A DNA stretch of 64,000 bases from Anaeramoeba ignava BMAN (Eukaryota; Protista; Anaeramoebae). Below the pieces are notes generated by a model. It worked only from the letters and a program-made list of their open reading frames with translations. It was not told the origin of the DNA and did no database searches. Shown here piece after piece: positions 1-13,405 of this stretch (position 1 is its first letter; each line of letters opens with the position of its first letter). The position numbers were made by a program, and so were the translations under genes. The stretch spans positions 310,001 through 374,000 of the forward strand of contig JAPDFW010000065.1 in NCBI GenBank assembly GCA_028826165.1, written 5' to 3'.

Positions 1-2372
1 ATATCAATTCAATTCCAAGACGTAAAGTAGTTCCTAATGAAAATTTTCCTGTTGGCATTTTTCTTTTTAATTGTGCTAAATTATTTCCAAGTAATTCCAT
101 AACAACATAATTATAATTTGGAATTCTTCCACAAGAAATATAAATAGGAGCATATGGAGAATCTGAATTAAATTTATTATTAGAATTATTATTTAAATTA
201 TTATTAAATTTATTTATTAAATTATTATTAAAATTATTAAAATTATTATTAAATTAAAATTATTATTAAATTTATTATTAAATTTATTATTAAATTTATT
301 ATTAAAATTATTATTAAAATTATTATTAAATTTATTATTAAAATTTATTATTAAAATTATTATTAAAATTATTATTATTATTAAAATTTATTATTAAAAT
401 TATTATTAAAATTATTATTAAAATTATTATTTAAATTATTATTAAAATTATTATTAAAATTATTATTAAAATTATTAAATTATTATTAAATTTATTATTA
501 TATTTATTATTATATTAAAATTATTATTATTAAAATTATTATTAAATTTATTATTAAAATTATTATTAAATTTATTATTAAATTTATTATTAAATTATTA
601 TTAAATTTATTATTAAATTTATTATTAAATTTATTATTAAATTTATTATTAAAATTATTATTAAATTATTATTAAATTTATATTATTAAAATTATTATTA
701 AAATTTATTATTATTATTAATTAAATTTATTATTAAATTTTATTATTAAATTTATTATTAAAATTATTATTAAAATTATTATTAAAATTATTATTATTAA
801 ATTTATTATTAAAATTATTATTAAAATTATTATTAAAATTATTATTAAAATTATTATTAAATTTATTATTAAATTTATTATTATTAAATTTATTATTAAA
901 ATTTATTATTAAATTTATTATTAAATTTATTATTAAATTTATAAAATTATTATTAAAATTATTATTAAAATTATTATTATTATTAAATTCTCTATTATTA
1001 AAAATTTAAATTTTTTAAAAATTATTAAAATTATTATTAAAATTATTATTAAAATTATTATTTATTATTAAAATTATTATTAAATTATTATTAAATTAAA
1101 ATTATTATTTAAAATTTATTAAAATTATTATTAAAAATTATTATTAAAAATTATTAAATTTATTATTAAATTTATTTAATTTATTATTAAATTTATTATT
1201 AAATTTTATTATTAATTTTATTATTATTAAATTTATTATTTTTTAAAATTTATTATTAAAATTTATTATTAAAATTTATTATTAAATTTATTATTAAAAA
1301 ATTATTATTAAATTATTATTAAAAATTTATTATTAAATTATTAAAATTTATTATTTAAATTCGTAATTATTATTAAAAATTATTATTAAATTTATTATTA
1401 AATTTATTATTAAATTTATTATTAAAATTATTATTAAAAATTATTATTAAAATTATTATAAAAATAATTAAATTTATTATAAAATTATTATTAAATTTAT
1501 TATTAAAATTATTATTAAATTTATTATTAAAATTTATTATTAAAATTATTATTAAAATTATTATTAAATTTATTATTAAATTTATTATTAAAATTTATTA
1601 TTATTAAATTTATTATTAAATTTATTATTAAAATTATTATTAAATTTATTATTATTAAATTTATTATTATTATTAAATTTATTATTAAATTTATTATTAA
1701 ATTTATTATTAAATTTATTATTAAAATTATTATTAAATTTATTATTAAATTTATTATTAAAATTATTATTAAATTTATTATTAAAATTATTAAAATTATT
1801 ATTAAATTTATTATTAAATTTATTATTAAATTTATTATTAAATTTATTATTAAATTTATTATTAAATTTATTATTAAATTTATTATTAAATTTATTATTA
1901 AATTTATTATTAAATTTATTATTAAATTTATTATTAAAATTATTATTAAATTTATTATTAAATTTATTATTAAATTTATTATTAAATTGATTATTAAATT
2001 TATTATTAAAATTATTATTAAAATTTATTATTAAAATTATTATTAAAATTATTATTAAAATTATTATTAAAATTTACCTTGAATTGATTTTAAAACTACA
2101 ACTTCTAGTTTTAAAGATTCTCTTTTTTTTGTACATTCTTCCATTTTAACTGCAACATTTTTCTTTGTTTCAATATCTCTTGCTGCATAAATATCACCTA
2201 AAAATGAAATTTAAAAAAAAAGGAAATGATCAAAAATTTAATTGTTTTTTTTTTTTGTTAATTGATTAAATTTTTTTTTTAAGTTTTTTATTTGTATTTT
2301 CAATTTACCAAATGCTCCTTGTCCTATTTTTTTTTCAAGAACCCATCTATTTCTTAATGTTGTACCAATCAT
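1..2372 (-). CDS. Tau-tubulin kinase / casein kinase 1 family protein kinase, 5' part (runs off window start)
   Basis: Exons 2372-2309, 2197-2078 and 162-<1 with GT-AG introns give MIGTTLRNRWVLEKKIGQGAFGDIYAARD..VAVKMEE..SLKLEVVVLKSIQDSPY..CGRIPNYNYVVMELLGNNLAQL..FSLGTTLRLG. This has the Gly-rich loop, VAVK and the TTBK-like LKLEV and 'TTLRLG' motifs. Confidence 0.85.
163..2077. repeat. ~1.9 kb intron filled with (TTATTATTAAA[A]) 11-13-mer AT repeat
   Basis: Visible directly; bounded by GT (2077) and AG (163) on the minus strand. Confidence 0.9.
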
Positions 2373-2717
2373 AATTAAAATTTTTTTTAAAAAAAATAAA
2401 TTGAAAAAAAAGGAAAAAAAAATTGAAAAAATGAAAAAAAAATGAAAAAAAGTTTTTATTTATTTTTATTTTTTTCTTTTTAATTTAATTTTTCTCCTTT
2501 TTGTTTTTCCACTTTTTTTATTTTTATTTTTATTTTTATTTTTAATAAAGCAAAAAAAAAAAAAAATTTTTTTAATAAATTTTCTTTTTCATTTTTTTCT
2601 CTTTTATTTGCTTTTTTAATTTTGTTTTAATTTGTTTTTTCCTTTTATTAATTTCCTTTTCATTTATTTCCTTTCAAATTTTGTGATTTTTACAATTTAA
2701 TTTAATTTAATTTAAAA

Positions 2718-5700
2718 ATGAGTTGGGATAAAATTCAAATTGAAGTAAAAATCAAAATCTAATTTAAAAAAGAAAATGAAACAAAATTCAGATTTAATTT
2801 ATAAATATAAATATAAATATAAATATAAATATAAATATAAATATAAATATAAATATAAATATAAATATAAATATAAATATAAATATAAATATAAATATAA
2901 ATATAAATATAAATATAAATATAAATATAAATATAAATATAAATATAAATATAAATATAAATATAAATATAAATATAAATATAAATATAAATATAAATAT
3001 AAATATAAATATAAATATAAAATATAAATATAAATATAAATATAAATATAAATATAAATATAAATATAAATATAAATATAAATATAAATATAAATATAAA
3101 TATAAATATAAATATAAATATAAATATAATTATAAATTATAAAATATAATTATAAATATAAATATAAATATAAATATAAATATAAATATAAATAACAAAA
3201 ATATAATTATAAATTATAAATATAAATATAAAAATATAAATATAAATATAAATATAAATATAAATATAAATATAAATATAAATATAAATATAAATATAAA
3301 TATAAAAATATAAATATAAATATAAATATAAATATAAATATAAAATATAAAAATATAAATATAAATATAAATATAAACATAAATATAAATATAAAATAAA
3401 TATAAATATAAATATAAAATATAAATATAAATATAAATATAAATATAAATATAAATATAAATATAAATATAAATATAAATATAAATATAAATATAAATAT
3501 AAATATAAATATAAATATAAATATAAATATAAATATAAATATAAATATAAATATAAATATAAATATAAATATAAATATAAATATAAATATAAATATAAAT
3601 ATAAATATAAATATAAATATAAATATAAATATAAATATAAATATAAATATAAATATAAATATAAATATAAATATAAATATAAATATAAATCAAATTCAAA
3701 CAATTTTGCAAACATTTGTAATGAATATATTTATAATTTATTAAATAGAAATTTTCAGAATGGTCAAATCGATTTCTTTCTCGTCGAAATCTTCATGTAG
3801 AACATTTTGAAACTGATTTTGCAGATGGAGTATTATTAATAAATTTAATTGAAGAAGTTTTTGGGGAAAAATTTAGATATACAACAAAACCAAGAGTTCA
3901 GTTACAAAAGATTGAAAATGTTTCGATCGCTTTAACATATTTAAATAAAAAAGGAATTAAATGTGTTTGTAGTCCAAATGGTACATTTTTCCAAATTTAA
4001 AATTCATTTTGAAATTAAAATTAAAATTAAAATCAAAATTAAAATTGAAATTAAAATTAAAATTTAAAATTAAAATTATTAAAATTAAAATTAAAATTAA
4101 AATTAAAATCAAAATCAAAATTAAAATTAAAATTAAAATTAAAATTAAAATTAAAATTAAAATTAAAATTAAAATTAAAATTAAAATTAAAATTAAAATT
4201 AAAATTAAAATTAAAATTAAAATTAAAATTAAAATTAAAATTAAAATTAAAATTAAAATTAAAATTAAAATTAAAAATTTATTTTGAAATTTGAATTGAA
4301 GACTTTGTTGATGGAAATACAAAAAGAATGTTAGGAGTTCTTTGGTCACTAATTCAAATGAGTGAAAAGAGATCAAAAGTACAACAAGATCCAGTAACAC
4401 AATCAACAAAGAAAGAAATAAGCAATTTTTTATCCAAAAGACATCGAGAATCAAAACAAAAAATATTAAGAAAAATAGCACAAAAACCAGAAGAACCAAA
4501 ACAACAAGCAGAACCAAGTAAAATAGCAACAAATATTTGGGAACAAAAAATCTCAAAAGAAAAAGCTGAAGCTGATAGAGATAATATGAGAAAATATAAA
4601 GATAGTAGAAGAAGAACTCATACAAAACCAAGATCAACTCATAATTTACAACATGAACAAAAAATCGATCAATCTAAAAAACTTCAGACAAGAAAACAAC
4701 AAAATGTAACTCGAAAACCAAGAGTTGAAAATAAAGTTGAAGATAAAAAAGTTGAAGATAAAAAAGTTGAAAATAAAAAAGAAATTGAAGATAAAAAAGA
4801 AATTGAAAATAAAAAAGAAATTGAAAATAAAGTTGAAGATAAAAAAGAAATTGAAGATAAAAAAGAAATTGAAAATAAAAAAGAAGTTGAAGATAAAAAA
4901 GAAGTTGAAGATAAAAAAGAAGTTGAAGATAAAAAAGTTGAAAATAAAGTTGAAGATAAAAAAGAAGTTGAAGATAAAAATAAAGTTGAAGATAAAAAAG
5001 AAATTGAAAATAAAGTTGAAGATAAAAAAGTTGAAGATAAAAAAGAAATTGAAAATAAAGTTGAAGATAAAAAAGAAATTGAAAATAAAGTTGAAGATAA
5101 AAAAGAAATTGAAAATAAAGTCGAAGATAAAAAAGAAATTGAAAATAAAGTTGAAGATAATAAAGAAATTGAAGATAATAAAGATATTGAAGATAATAAA
5201 GATATTGAAGATAATAAAGATATTGATTCACAAACTTGGGGAGATGGAAATGTTCCACAAGAACCCAAAAAAGAAGTTTTAACCGAAGAAGAAAAACGAC
5301 AAAAAAGACGATATGAAATTGTAAGGGAAATTTTCGAAACAGAAAGAACATATGTTGAAGGACTATCTATATTAGTAAAAATATTTCTATTCCCATTACG
5401 CGAAAAAAAGCAGCTAATCAACGAACAGCAAATCAGAGCAATTTTCTCACAAATTGAAGTTATATACAATACAAACGATCTTCTGAAAAACCAAATTGAA
5501 CAAAGATGGAAAAATTGGACAGAAACATCACGATTGGGAGATATCTTCAAAACAATCGCACAATTCTTGAAAGTTTACACAGAATATATCAATAATTACA
5601 ATACAGCATTAAGTACGCTTATGAAATTGAAAAACAAAAAGGAATTCAGTGCGTTTTTGACTCAGCAAAAAGCGCTTCCTGAATGCAAAAACTTGGACAT

Positions 5701-7945
5701 AGTTTCGTTTATGATCATGCCAATCCAAAGAATTCCCAGATATGTTTTGTTACTGGAAGATCTTGTGAAATATACAAATCCAGATCATCCTGATTATAAG
5801 CAATTAACTGAAGCAGTGACAACAATCAAAGAAGTTGCAAACTATGTGAATGAAAGTAAAAGGCAAGCCGAAAATATGAACCAAGTATTGGGGATCACAG
5901 AGAAAATATCAGGATTCGAGCAAGAAACAGTTCCTCATCGACGATTTATTCGCGAAGGCGACATCCAATTTTCAAGAGAATCCAAAAAAACAAATGCGCA
6001 TATTTTCATGTTTAATGACATCATTTTAATAACTAAAGCAAGTGGATCAAAATACAAGCTTCTTGAGAAGCTCAAGCTCCACGAATCAACACAAATTCTC
6101 TTGAGCGCCGCTGATGAAAAAGAATCAAAGCAAACCAATAAGGAAAATCCACATTCTCCAGATCCTCTTAATCTTTTTCAACAATCAGAAAAAGAAGAAA
6201 ATCAAAATGAAAGCAAAGAAAGTTCGCCTCAAACTCCCATGAAAAAATCAATCGATTTTTCCGAAATGGCAAAAGGCCTTGTTAGACATGATTCGTTTCA
6301 AGTTACGGAATCTGAAGAAACAGAGGAGAATATTATTGACACTACTTTCGCTATTTTAAATTCTCATGAAAAGAAATTGATCTCGCTTGTTTCTTCTTCC
6401 AAAAAGGAGAAGATCGAATGGATCGTTGCAATTGATGATGCTATTTCTTCTCTAATTGATAATTCCTTGGTTGTTCAAGAACTCAAAATGAAAAATAAAC
6501 AAGAAATGTCAAAAAAAACAGAAGATGAAGATCCTTCTAAAATTTTGCCAGATATTGAAACAATGAAATCAACTTATTTGTATAAAAAAAAACTGATGGA
6601 ATATAAACCAGATACTGAAATCAAAAAGATACGTTGGGTTTCATTTTTTGAAAAGAACATTTTAATAACTAAAAATGAAGATGTAAGTGATTTTTTTAAA
6701 ACAAGATCAAATTAATTTCAAAATGAATTTTAATTTCAAAATGAATTTTAATTTCTTTACAGTTTTCAGAACCAAAAAATTATTTGGCTATTTTTGATTG
6801 TAATATGTTTCTTATGCCAACTTTTGATGGAATTCAATTAGCTTCTCCTAATAGAATTTATTATTTATCAACTGGAAACATTTCAGACGCAATTGATTGC
6901 ATTAATACTTTCAGAAAAACTTTATCAGCATTAGTTTTAAAACAAAAACAAAATGAAGAAAAAAAAGATTCAATTGAAAACACTCCTCAAAAACAACCTC
7001 AAAAGAAACCACAAACTCAAAGCAAAAAAAAAACAAAAAAACAAAGAAAAGAAAATTTGATGAAAGATTCTGGAATTGCTGATATGGCCGTTTTATCCGC
7101 TATAAATTCTCCTCGTCAAAATCGTTCACAAAGTTTGGTTCCGTATAAAACACCAAAAAAACCTCTAACAAGTTTAGAAAATTTGGAAAAAGCAAATGAA
7201 AAAAATACAAAAAATCCAAAAAATACAAAAAATCCAAAAAATCAAAAAATTACAAAAAATCAAAAAATTGAAGATGATCAAGATGAATCAAAAATGATTA
7301 ACAATCTCCTTCCAACTCATTCTGGATATCTCCATAAACAAAGTACTTCAATGCTCAAGAATTGGAAGAAACGTTATTTCAAGTTACAAAACAATTATCT
7401 TTTTTATTATAAGAATGAAAAGGAATTGAATAAAAGACTCGGAAAAATTTCATTATCTCTTGCTTCAGTTAGAGTGAATCAAAAATACGCTAAAAAATTC
7501 GCTTTTGAAGTAGTTACTTTGAATAGGGTTTATTTGTTCCATTCTGAAACAAGTATGGAAATGATGAAATGGCTTGAAGCTCTTCATTCATCAATCCAAA
7601 AATCAGTTGATCTTGACCAAAAAAAACATTCAACTCAAATTCATTCAAAACAAGAAGATTTAAATGGTGAAAGTGAAAGTGATGAATTTGTTGAAGAAGA
7701 TCCAATGGAAAATTCAAATGAAAACTCAAATGAAAATTCAAATGAAAATTCAAATGAAAATTCAAAAGAAAATTTAAATGAAAGATTCAAAAGAAAATTT
7801 AAATGAAAATTTAAAAGAAAATTCAAAAGAAAATTCAAATGAAAATTCAAAAGAAAATTCAAAAGAAAATTCAAAAGAAAATTCAAAAGAAGATTTAAAA
7901 GAAAATTCAAAAGAAAATTCAAAAGAAAATTCAAAAGAAAATTAA
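2718..7945 (+). CDS. Calponin-homology + Dbl-type RhoGEF (DH) + multiple PH domain protein
   Basis: Exons 2718-2744, 3749-3980, 4302-6682 and 6763-~7945. The CH domain reads MSWDKIQIEKFSEWSNRFL..DFADGVLLINLIEE..IENVSIALTYL..DFVDGNTKRMLGVLWSLI. The DH domain reads EIFETERTYV..MPIQRIPRYVLLL and is followed by PH domains (last: SGYLHKQ..WKKRYF..W). There is an apparent frameshift near 7782 in the ENSK repeat; the ORF track stops at 7806. Confidence 0.88.
2800..3690. repeat. (ATAAAT)n microsatellite in intron 1 of the RhoGEF gene
   Basis: Near-perfect hexamer array within intron 2745-3748. Confidence 0.95.
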
Positions 7946-8149
7946 AAAAAATAATCAATAAGAGAAGTTAAATCCATTTTTTTTCTTTTCTTTCTTCTTT
8001 TTTCTTTTAAACGGGAAATGATTTACAATTTCTTTGTTTGTAATTTGTTCCTTCGAATCAAACATTGAAGTTGGAATAAATTTACAAAAAAAAATTAAAA
8101 TTTAAATTTAAAATTTAAGTTTACAAGGAATTATTAATGAAATTGAAAT

Positions 8150-8835
8150 AAAAATTAAAATCAAAATCAAAATCAAAATCAAAATCAAAATCAAAATCAA
8201 AATCAAAATCAAAATCAAAATCAAAATCAAAATATGAATCAAAATCAAAATAAAATCAAAATCAAAATCAAAATCAAAATCAAAATCAAAATCAAAATCA
8301 AAATCAAAATCAAAATCAAAATCAAAATCAAAATCAAAATCAAAATCAAAATTAAAATCAAAATATAAATCAAAATCAAAATCAAAATCAAAATCAAAAT
8401 CAAAATCAAATCAAAATCAAAATCAAAATCAAAATCAAAATCAAAATCAAAATCAAAATCAAAATCAAAATCAAAATCAAAATCAAAATCAAAATCAAAA
8501 TCAAAATCAAAATCAAAATCAAAATCAAAATCAAAATCAAAATCAAAATCAAAATCAAAATCAAAATCAAAATTAAAATTAAAATCAAAATCAAAATCAA
8601 AATCAAAATCAAAATATAAATCAAAATATAAATCAAAATAAAAATCAAAATATCAAAATCAAAATTAAAATCAAAATTAAAATTAAAATCAAAATCAAAA
8701 TCAAAATCAAAATCAAAATCAAAATATAAATCAAAATCAAAATCAAAATCAAAATCAAAATCAAAATCAAAATCAAAATCAAAATCAAAATCAAAATATA
8801 AATCAAAATCAAAATCAAAATAAATCAAATTCAAA
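8150..8835. repeat. (AAAATC)n microsatellite between convergent genes
   Basis: Hexamer array visible directly. Confidence 0.95.
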
Positions 8836-8879
8836 ATATAAAAATTAAAATCATTTTATGGTTTTATTGTTTTATTGAT

Positions 8880-9146
8880 TTATAAATTTTTTTGAGCAAA
8901 ACAATTTTCAATAAAATCATAAGGAATAATAACATTTCCAATTTTTCTACGAAGAAAATCACCACTTTTCATTTTAGATTCTTCAGCTGCATTTGAAACA
9001 ACAATATTTCCTTGTTTATCAAAACATTCAAAAGTTCCAGCAATTCTTCTTTGATCTTTTAAAGAAATCATAATTGATTTACCTAAAAATGTTTTAGCTT
9101 TTTCAATTAAATTTTGATTTTGTGATTTTTCTTTTTCAGAATTCAT
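8880..9146 (-). CDS. Sm/LSm-fold protein, NatC auxiliary subunit Naa38/LSMD1-like
   Basis: FLGKSIMISLKDQRRIAGTFECFDKQGNIVVSNA..RRKIGNVIIP contains Sm1/Sm2 motifs, and 'CFDKQGNI' is typical of Naa38. Confidence 0.75.
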   Translation of the reverse strand: MNSEKEKSQNQNLIEKAKTFLGKSIMISLKDQRRIAGTFECFDKQGNIVVSNAAEESKMKSGDFLRRKIGNVIIPYDFIENCFAQKNL

Positions 9147-9217
9147 TTAAAATTTAAAATTTAAAAATGAAAAATGAAAAAAATATTTTTGAATTTATTA
9201 TTTTTTTCTTTTTAAAA

Positions 9218-11197
9218 ATGAATTTTACTGAAGTTACTTTTTATTATCATTATAAATATACAAATCCAGGTGATTCAATTCTAATAACAGGAAATATTTT
9301 AGAATTTGGTTTTTGGAAACCTGAAAAAGGAATGGAATTAAAAACAAATTCAAAATTGTAAATATTTTTTAATTAAGAAAAAATTTAAATTTAAAAATTA
9401 AAAAAAATTTAAAAAAGATTTCCAATTTGGAAAGTTAAAGTTTTTCTTCCTTCTTCAATTAAAATTCAATATAAATATGTTATTAAAAAAGCAAATGGAA
9501 ATTTTAATTGGGAAACAACTGGAACATGGAATAATAGAAATTTAACAATTTCTGAAGAAGAATCACAAGTTGTTTTTGATAATTTTTCTTTATTTTTTAA
9601 TGTATCAACTCAAGGAATAAAATTATTACTTGAAAATGGACATTCTTTATCAGAAGTACATTTTAGAAATATATTCAAAAAAATATCTAAAAACAAAATA
9701 CTTATTTAATTTAATTTAATTTAAATTTTAAAAAAGAAACAATCTGTAAAAAATTTTTAAATTTAAAAAAAAAAAGGAATTGGAAAAGTTTTTTATTAAA
9801 TTTTTTATTAGGGAAAAACACCTCTTATTTATAATATTTATTATGATTATAATTTTGATATTAAAAATGTTATTGATATTTTCTTAAAATTAGGAGTAGA
9901 TATTAATGAAAAAGATGATGTAAAAGAAAAATCAAAATTAATTATTTTTATTATTAAATAATAATTTCAAAAATTTAGAATGTAAAAAATTAAATTAAAA
10001 TAAAGAAAATTAAATTTAAAAATTATTTTCAAAAATTTTAAGGGGAATACAGCTTTATTAACATCATTATCTTATCAACCTCGACCTAATTTAATTGAAT
10101 TTTTATTAGAAAAAGGAGCTGATCCTAATTTACCAAATGTAGATTAAAAAATATTTGATTTTTAAACAAAATAATAATAATATCAAAATTAAATTTTTTA
10201 TATTTTATAAAGAAAACGGAAATTCCTTTAGTTTATTGTTTAAGATACACTTCTTATTATTATCCTATTAATGAAATTCTGAAATTATTATTAATTTATG
10301 GAGCTAATGTTACTTTAGATTGTTTTCCACTTGTTTTCAATTCAAATGATTTGGATCGTTTAAAATTATTTCTTAATTTTTGCAATTATCAATTTATTCA
10401 AGTAAAAATTTTTAATTTGAATTTTAATTTATTTAAATTTTATAATTATAATTTTATAGAAAGTTTTAGATCAAATCAAAATTGATAATTTAGAAATGAA
10501 AATGATAATTCCAAGATTTAATCAAATTAATCAAGATCTCCTTTTTTTATTAAATGAAGGAAAAATAATCAGTGATTTTTTTATTAAGGATAAAAATGGA
10601 AATGAATATCATCTTCATAAATCAATTTTAAGAAGTAGAAATGTTATATTTCAACAATTTGAAAATTTTTTCAAAGAAAATGAAACGGAAGATATTCAAG
10701 ATTTTTTGGAATGGATTTATTCAGGAAATGTTAATAATTCAGATATTTTATTTGGAAATGCATCAAAATTAATTGAAGGAATTCCAAATAAAAAATGTTT
10801 TTATCAGAAATGTTATAGAAAAGGAATTGTTCATGATTTAAAAAAATTATATTCAAATCAAGAAACAAATTGTGTTATTTTAACAGAAAAAAATGAAGAG
10901 ATTAAAGTTCATAAAGAAATTTTATTTGCTCGTTCAAAATCATTTCGAGAAATCATTTCCTCATTTAATCAAAAAGAAGAAATTCAAATTAAACTTGATA
11001 AATCAAATCATAAAACTATTGAAAATCTTATTAAATTTATTTATACTGATAAAATTGATTTTTCAAATCTTTCTGAAATTTTTTATGATTTGGAAGAATT
11101 AATTGATCATTTCGAATTAAGTCCAAATAATTTATTAGAATATCATTTAATTACATTTAAAAGAATTAATCAAAAATTTTGGTATAAAAAAGATTAA
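9218..11197 (+). CDS. CBM20 (starch-binding) + ankyrin repeats + tandem BTB/POZ protein
   Basis: Exons 9218-9357, 9418-9655, 9737-9745, 9812-9919, 9979-9981, 10043-10138, 10213-10401 and 10460-11197. CBM20: VTF..TNPGDSILITGNILEFGFW..LFPIWKVKVFLP..IQYKYV..WE..NR. Ankyrin: GKTPL, GNTAL..LLEKGADPN. BTB: HLHKSIL..FLEWIYSG and VHKEILFARS..FIYTD. Confidence 0.8.
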
Positions 11198-11280
11198 AAA
11201 AATTTTTTTTATTTGGATTTTAATTTTAAAAAAAGAAAGAAAATAAAAAGGAAATTAAAATTTTATTTCTTTTTTTTTCT

Positions 11281-11702
11281 TCAATTTTTTGATTCATATT
11301 TTTTTAATTTTTCTCTTAATTGTTTAACTTCTTTTTCAAGTGCTTCATTTCTTTTTAATAATTCTGTTTTTTCTTTTTGAATATTTTCTATATTTGATCC
11401 ACCCATATATTTTTGAATATATCTAATTATTTTTAAAATGAAATGAATTTTAAATAAACTTAAATCAAAAATTTGTTTTTAAATTAAAAAGAATAAAACA
11501 AACTCAATTGCTTCTTCTGGTTTTTCTGGTTGTTCATAAAGTGAAACCAAAGCTAAAAAAATATTAATAAAATTTAAAAGAAATTTTCAGTTTAAATTCT
11601 TATTTCATTTTTTTTGATTATTTTTTATAAACCTTTTGTTAAGGCATCAATTACTCCAGTTCTATCAAGATATTTTTTAAATTCATCTTTTTTAGTTTCC
11701 AT
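11281..11702 (-). CDS. MYCBP: c-Myc-binding protein (AMY-1) homolog
   Basis: Exons 11702-11633, 11552-11504 and 11422-11281 give METKKDEFKKYLDRTGVIDALTKALVSLYEQPEKPEEAIEYIQKYMGG followed by a coiled coil. Confidence 0.85.
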
Positions 11703-11793
11703 TATAAATTTTTTGAATAAAAAAGTAAAAAAAAAATGAAATTAAAATTTTTCATTTTTTTTTTTAAAATTTTTAAAAAAATATAAAATTATA

Positions 11794-13305
11794 ATGAATA
11801 ATCCTTGTGTTGTTTTAAGTATTTTATTTTTCCAATTAAATATAAAATCATTCAAAACAAAAATTCCATCTTTATTACAATTTGAAGTAAATGTTGGACA
11901 AACATCAGCAAAAACATGTTCAAAACAAGAATCAAAAGAAGTTGATTTTTTAAATGATGAAGTTATTTTTCAACTTGATTTTCCCGCAAATTGGGATTCA
12001 AAAAAAATAAAGAAAGCGTTAGAAACATCAGCATTTGAATTAAAATTAATAAGGAAAATTAACTTAATAAAAGAAGCAAAAATTGAAGTTAAAAAAAGTT
12101 CTTTGCAAGATGAAGAAATAGGATATTGGAGAGGAGGAAATTTGTTGGATTTCTTATTTAATAATAAGAGGCTTTCAAAACCAAAAAAGCAAAAAAGAAT
12201 GAGAGTCCCTATTTTTCATTTGAATCAACCAAACAATGAATTTGGATCTTTAACTTTTTTTTATGAAGTTTATCCGTTTTATAAGAAAAGTTTGAATGAA
12301 AATGAAAATACAATTAAAAGTATGTCAACAATGGAAGTTACAAGAACTGATAGTATGAATTTTACAGATACAATTTATAGAGATTATTTGTTTGCACTTG
12401 AAGATGGTTCTTTGAAGTCTCAATCTTCTTTATCAGTTGATTCTTTGTATCAAAACCTATTTCAAAAACCAAATCAATATGAAAATCGATATGAAAATAT
12501 GAATCAATATCAAAATCGATATGAAAATCAATATGAAAATCGATATGAAAATCAAAATCAAAATATAAATCAATATAAAAATGAAAATCAAAATCAAAAT
12601 CAAAATCAAATCAAAAATCAAAATCAAAATCAAAATCAAAATCAAAATCAAAATCAAAATCAAAATCAAAATCAAAATCAAAATCAAAATCAAAATCAAA
12701 ATCAAAATCAAAATCAAAATCAAAATCAAAAATCAAAATCAAAATCAAAAATCAAAATCAAAATCAAAATATAAATCAAAATCAAAAATCAAAATCAAAA
12801 TCAAAATCAAAATCAAAATCAAAAATCAAAATCAAAATCAAAATCAAAATCAAAATCAAAATCAAAATCAAAAAATCAAAATCAAAATCAAAATCAAAAT
12901 CAAAATCAAAATCAAAATCAAAATCAAAATCAAAATCAAAATCAAAATCAAAATCAAAATCAAAATCAAAATCAAAATCAAAATCAAAATCAAAATCAAA
13001 ATCAAAATCAAAATCAAAATCAAAATCAAAATCAAAATCAAAATATAAATCAAAATATAAATCAAAATCAAAATATAAATCAAAATATAAATCAATATTA
13101 TGATCCTTTTTCTTCTAATCTTTATCCTTATAATCAAGTTTCTAAATCTTCTTTAAATCCTATTCATAATTCTATTCATAATTCTATTCATAATCCTAAT
13201 GATAAAATTATTAATTTAGCAAATGAAATGAAAAGAAAATCAAGAAGATTATTAGAAAAATGCAAATTAATTTTAGAAAGAGAATTAAAAGAAGATAATT
13301 TTTAA
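11794..13305 (+). CDS. Hypothetical protein, possible C2-like N-terminus, long NQ repeat
   Basis: ORF 11794-12774 runs into an (AATCAA)n tract with frameshifts. Coding-like sequence resumes (DPFSSNLYPY..LERELKEDNF*) and ends at 13305. Confidence 0.55.
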
Positions 13306-13405
13306 ATTTTTTAATTTTAGATTTGTAAATTGATTTTTAAATTAAAAACAAAATTAAATTTTTTTTCATTTTTTTCATTTTTCATTTTTCAATAAAATAA
13401 AATAA

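Noticed and set aside
2776-4287. Poly-KY, LY, IY, KI, IL and FN ORFs here and throughout the track
   Set aside because: These are translations of intronic or intergenic hexamer microsatellites, or antisense shadows of real genes.
9777-9787. Possible additional 11-nt microexon in the CBM20 gene
   Set aside because: It would break the frame and need 31- and 24-nt introns; a single 66-nt intron (9746-9811) fits.
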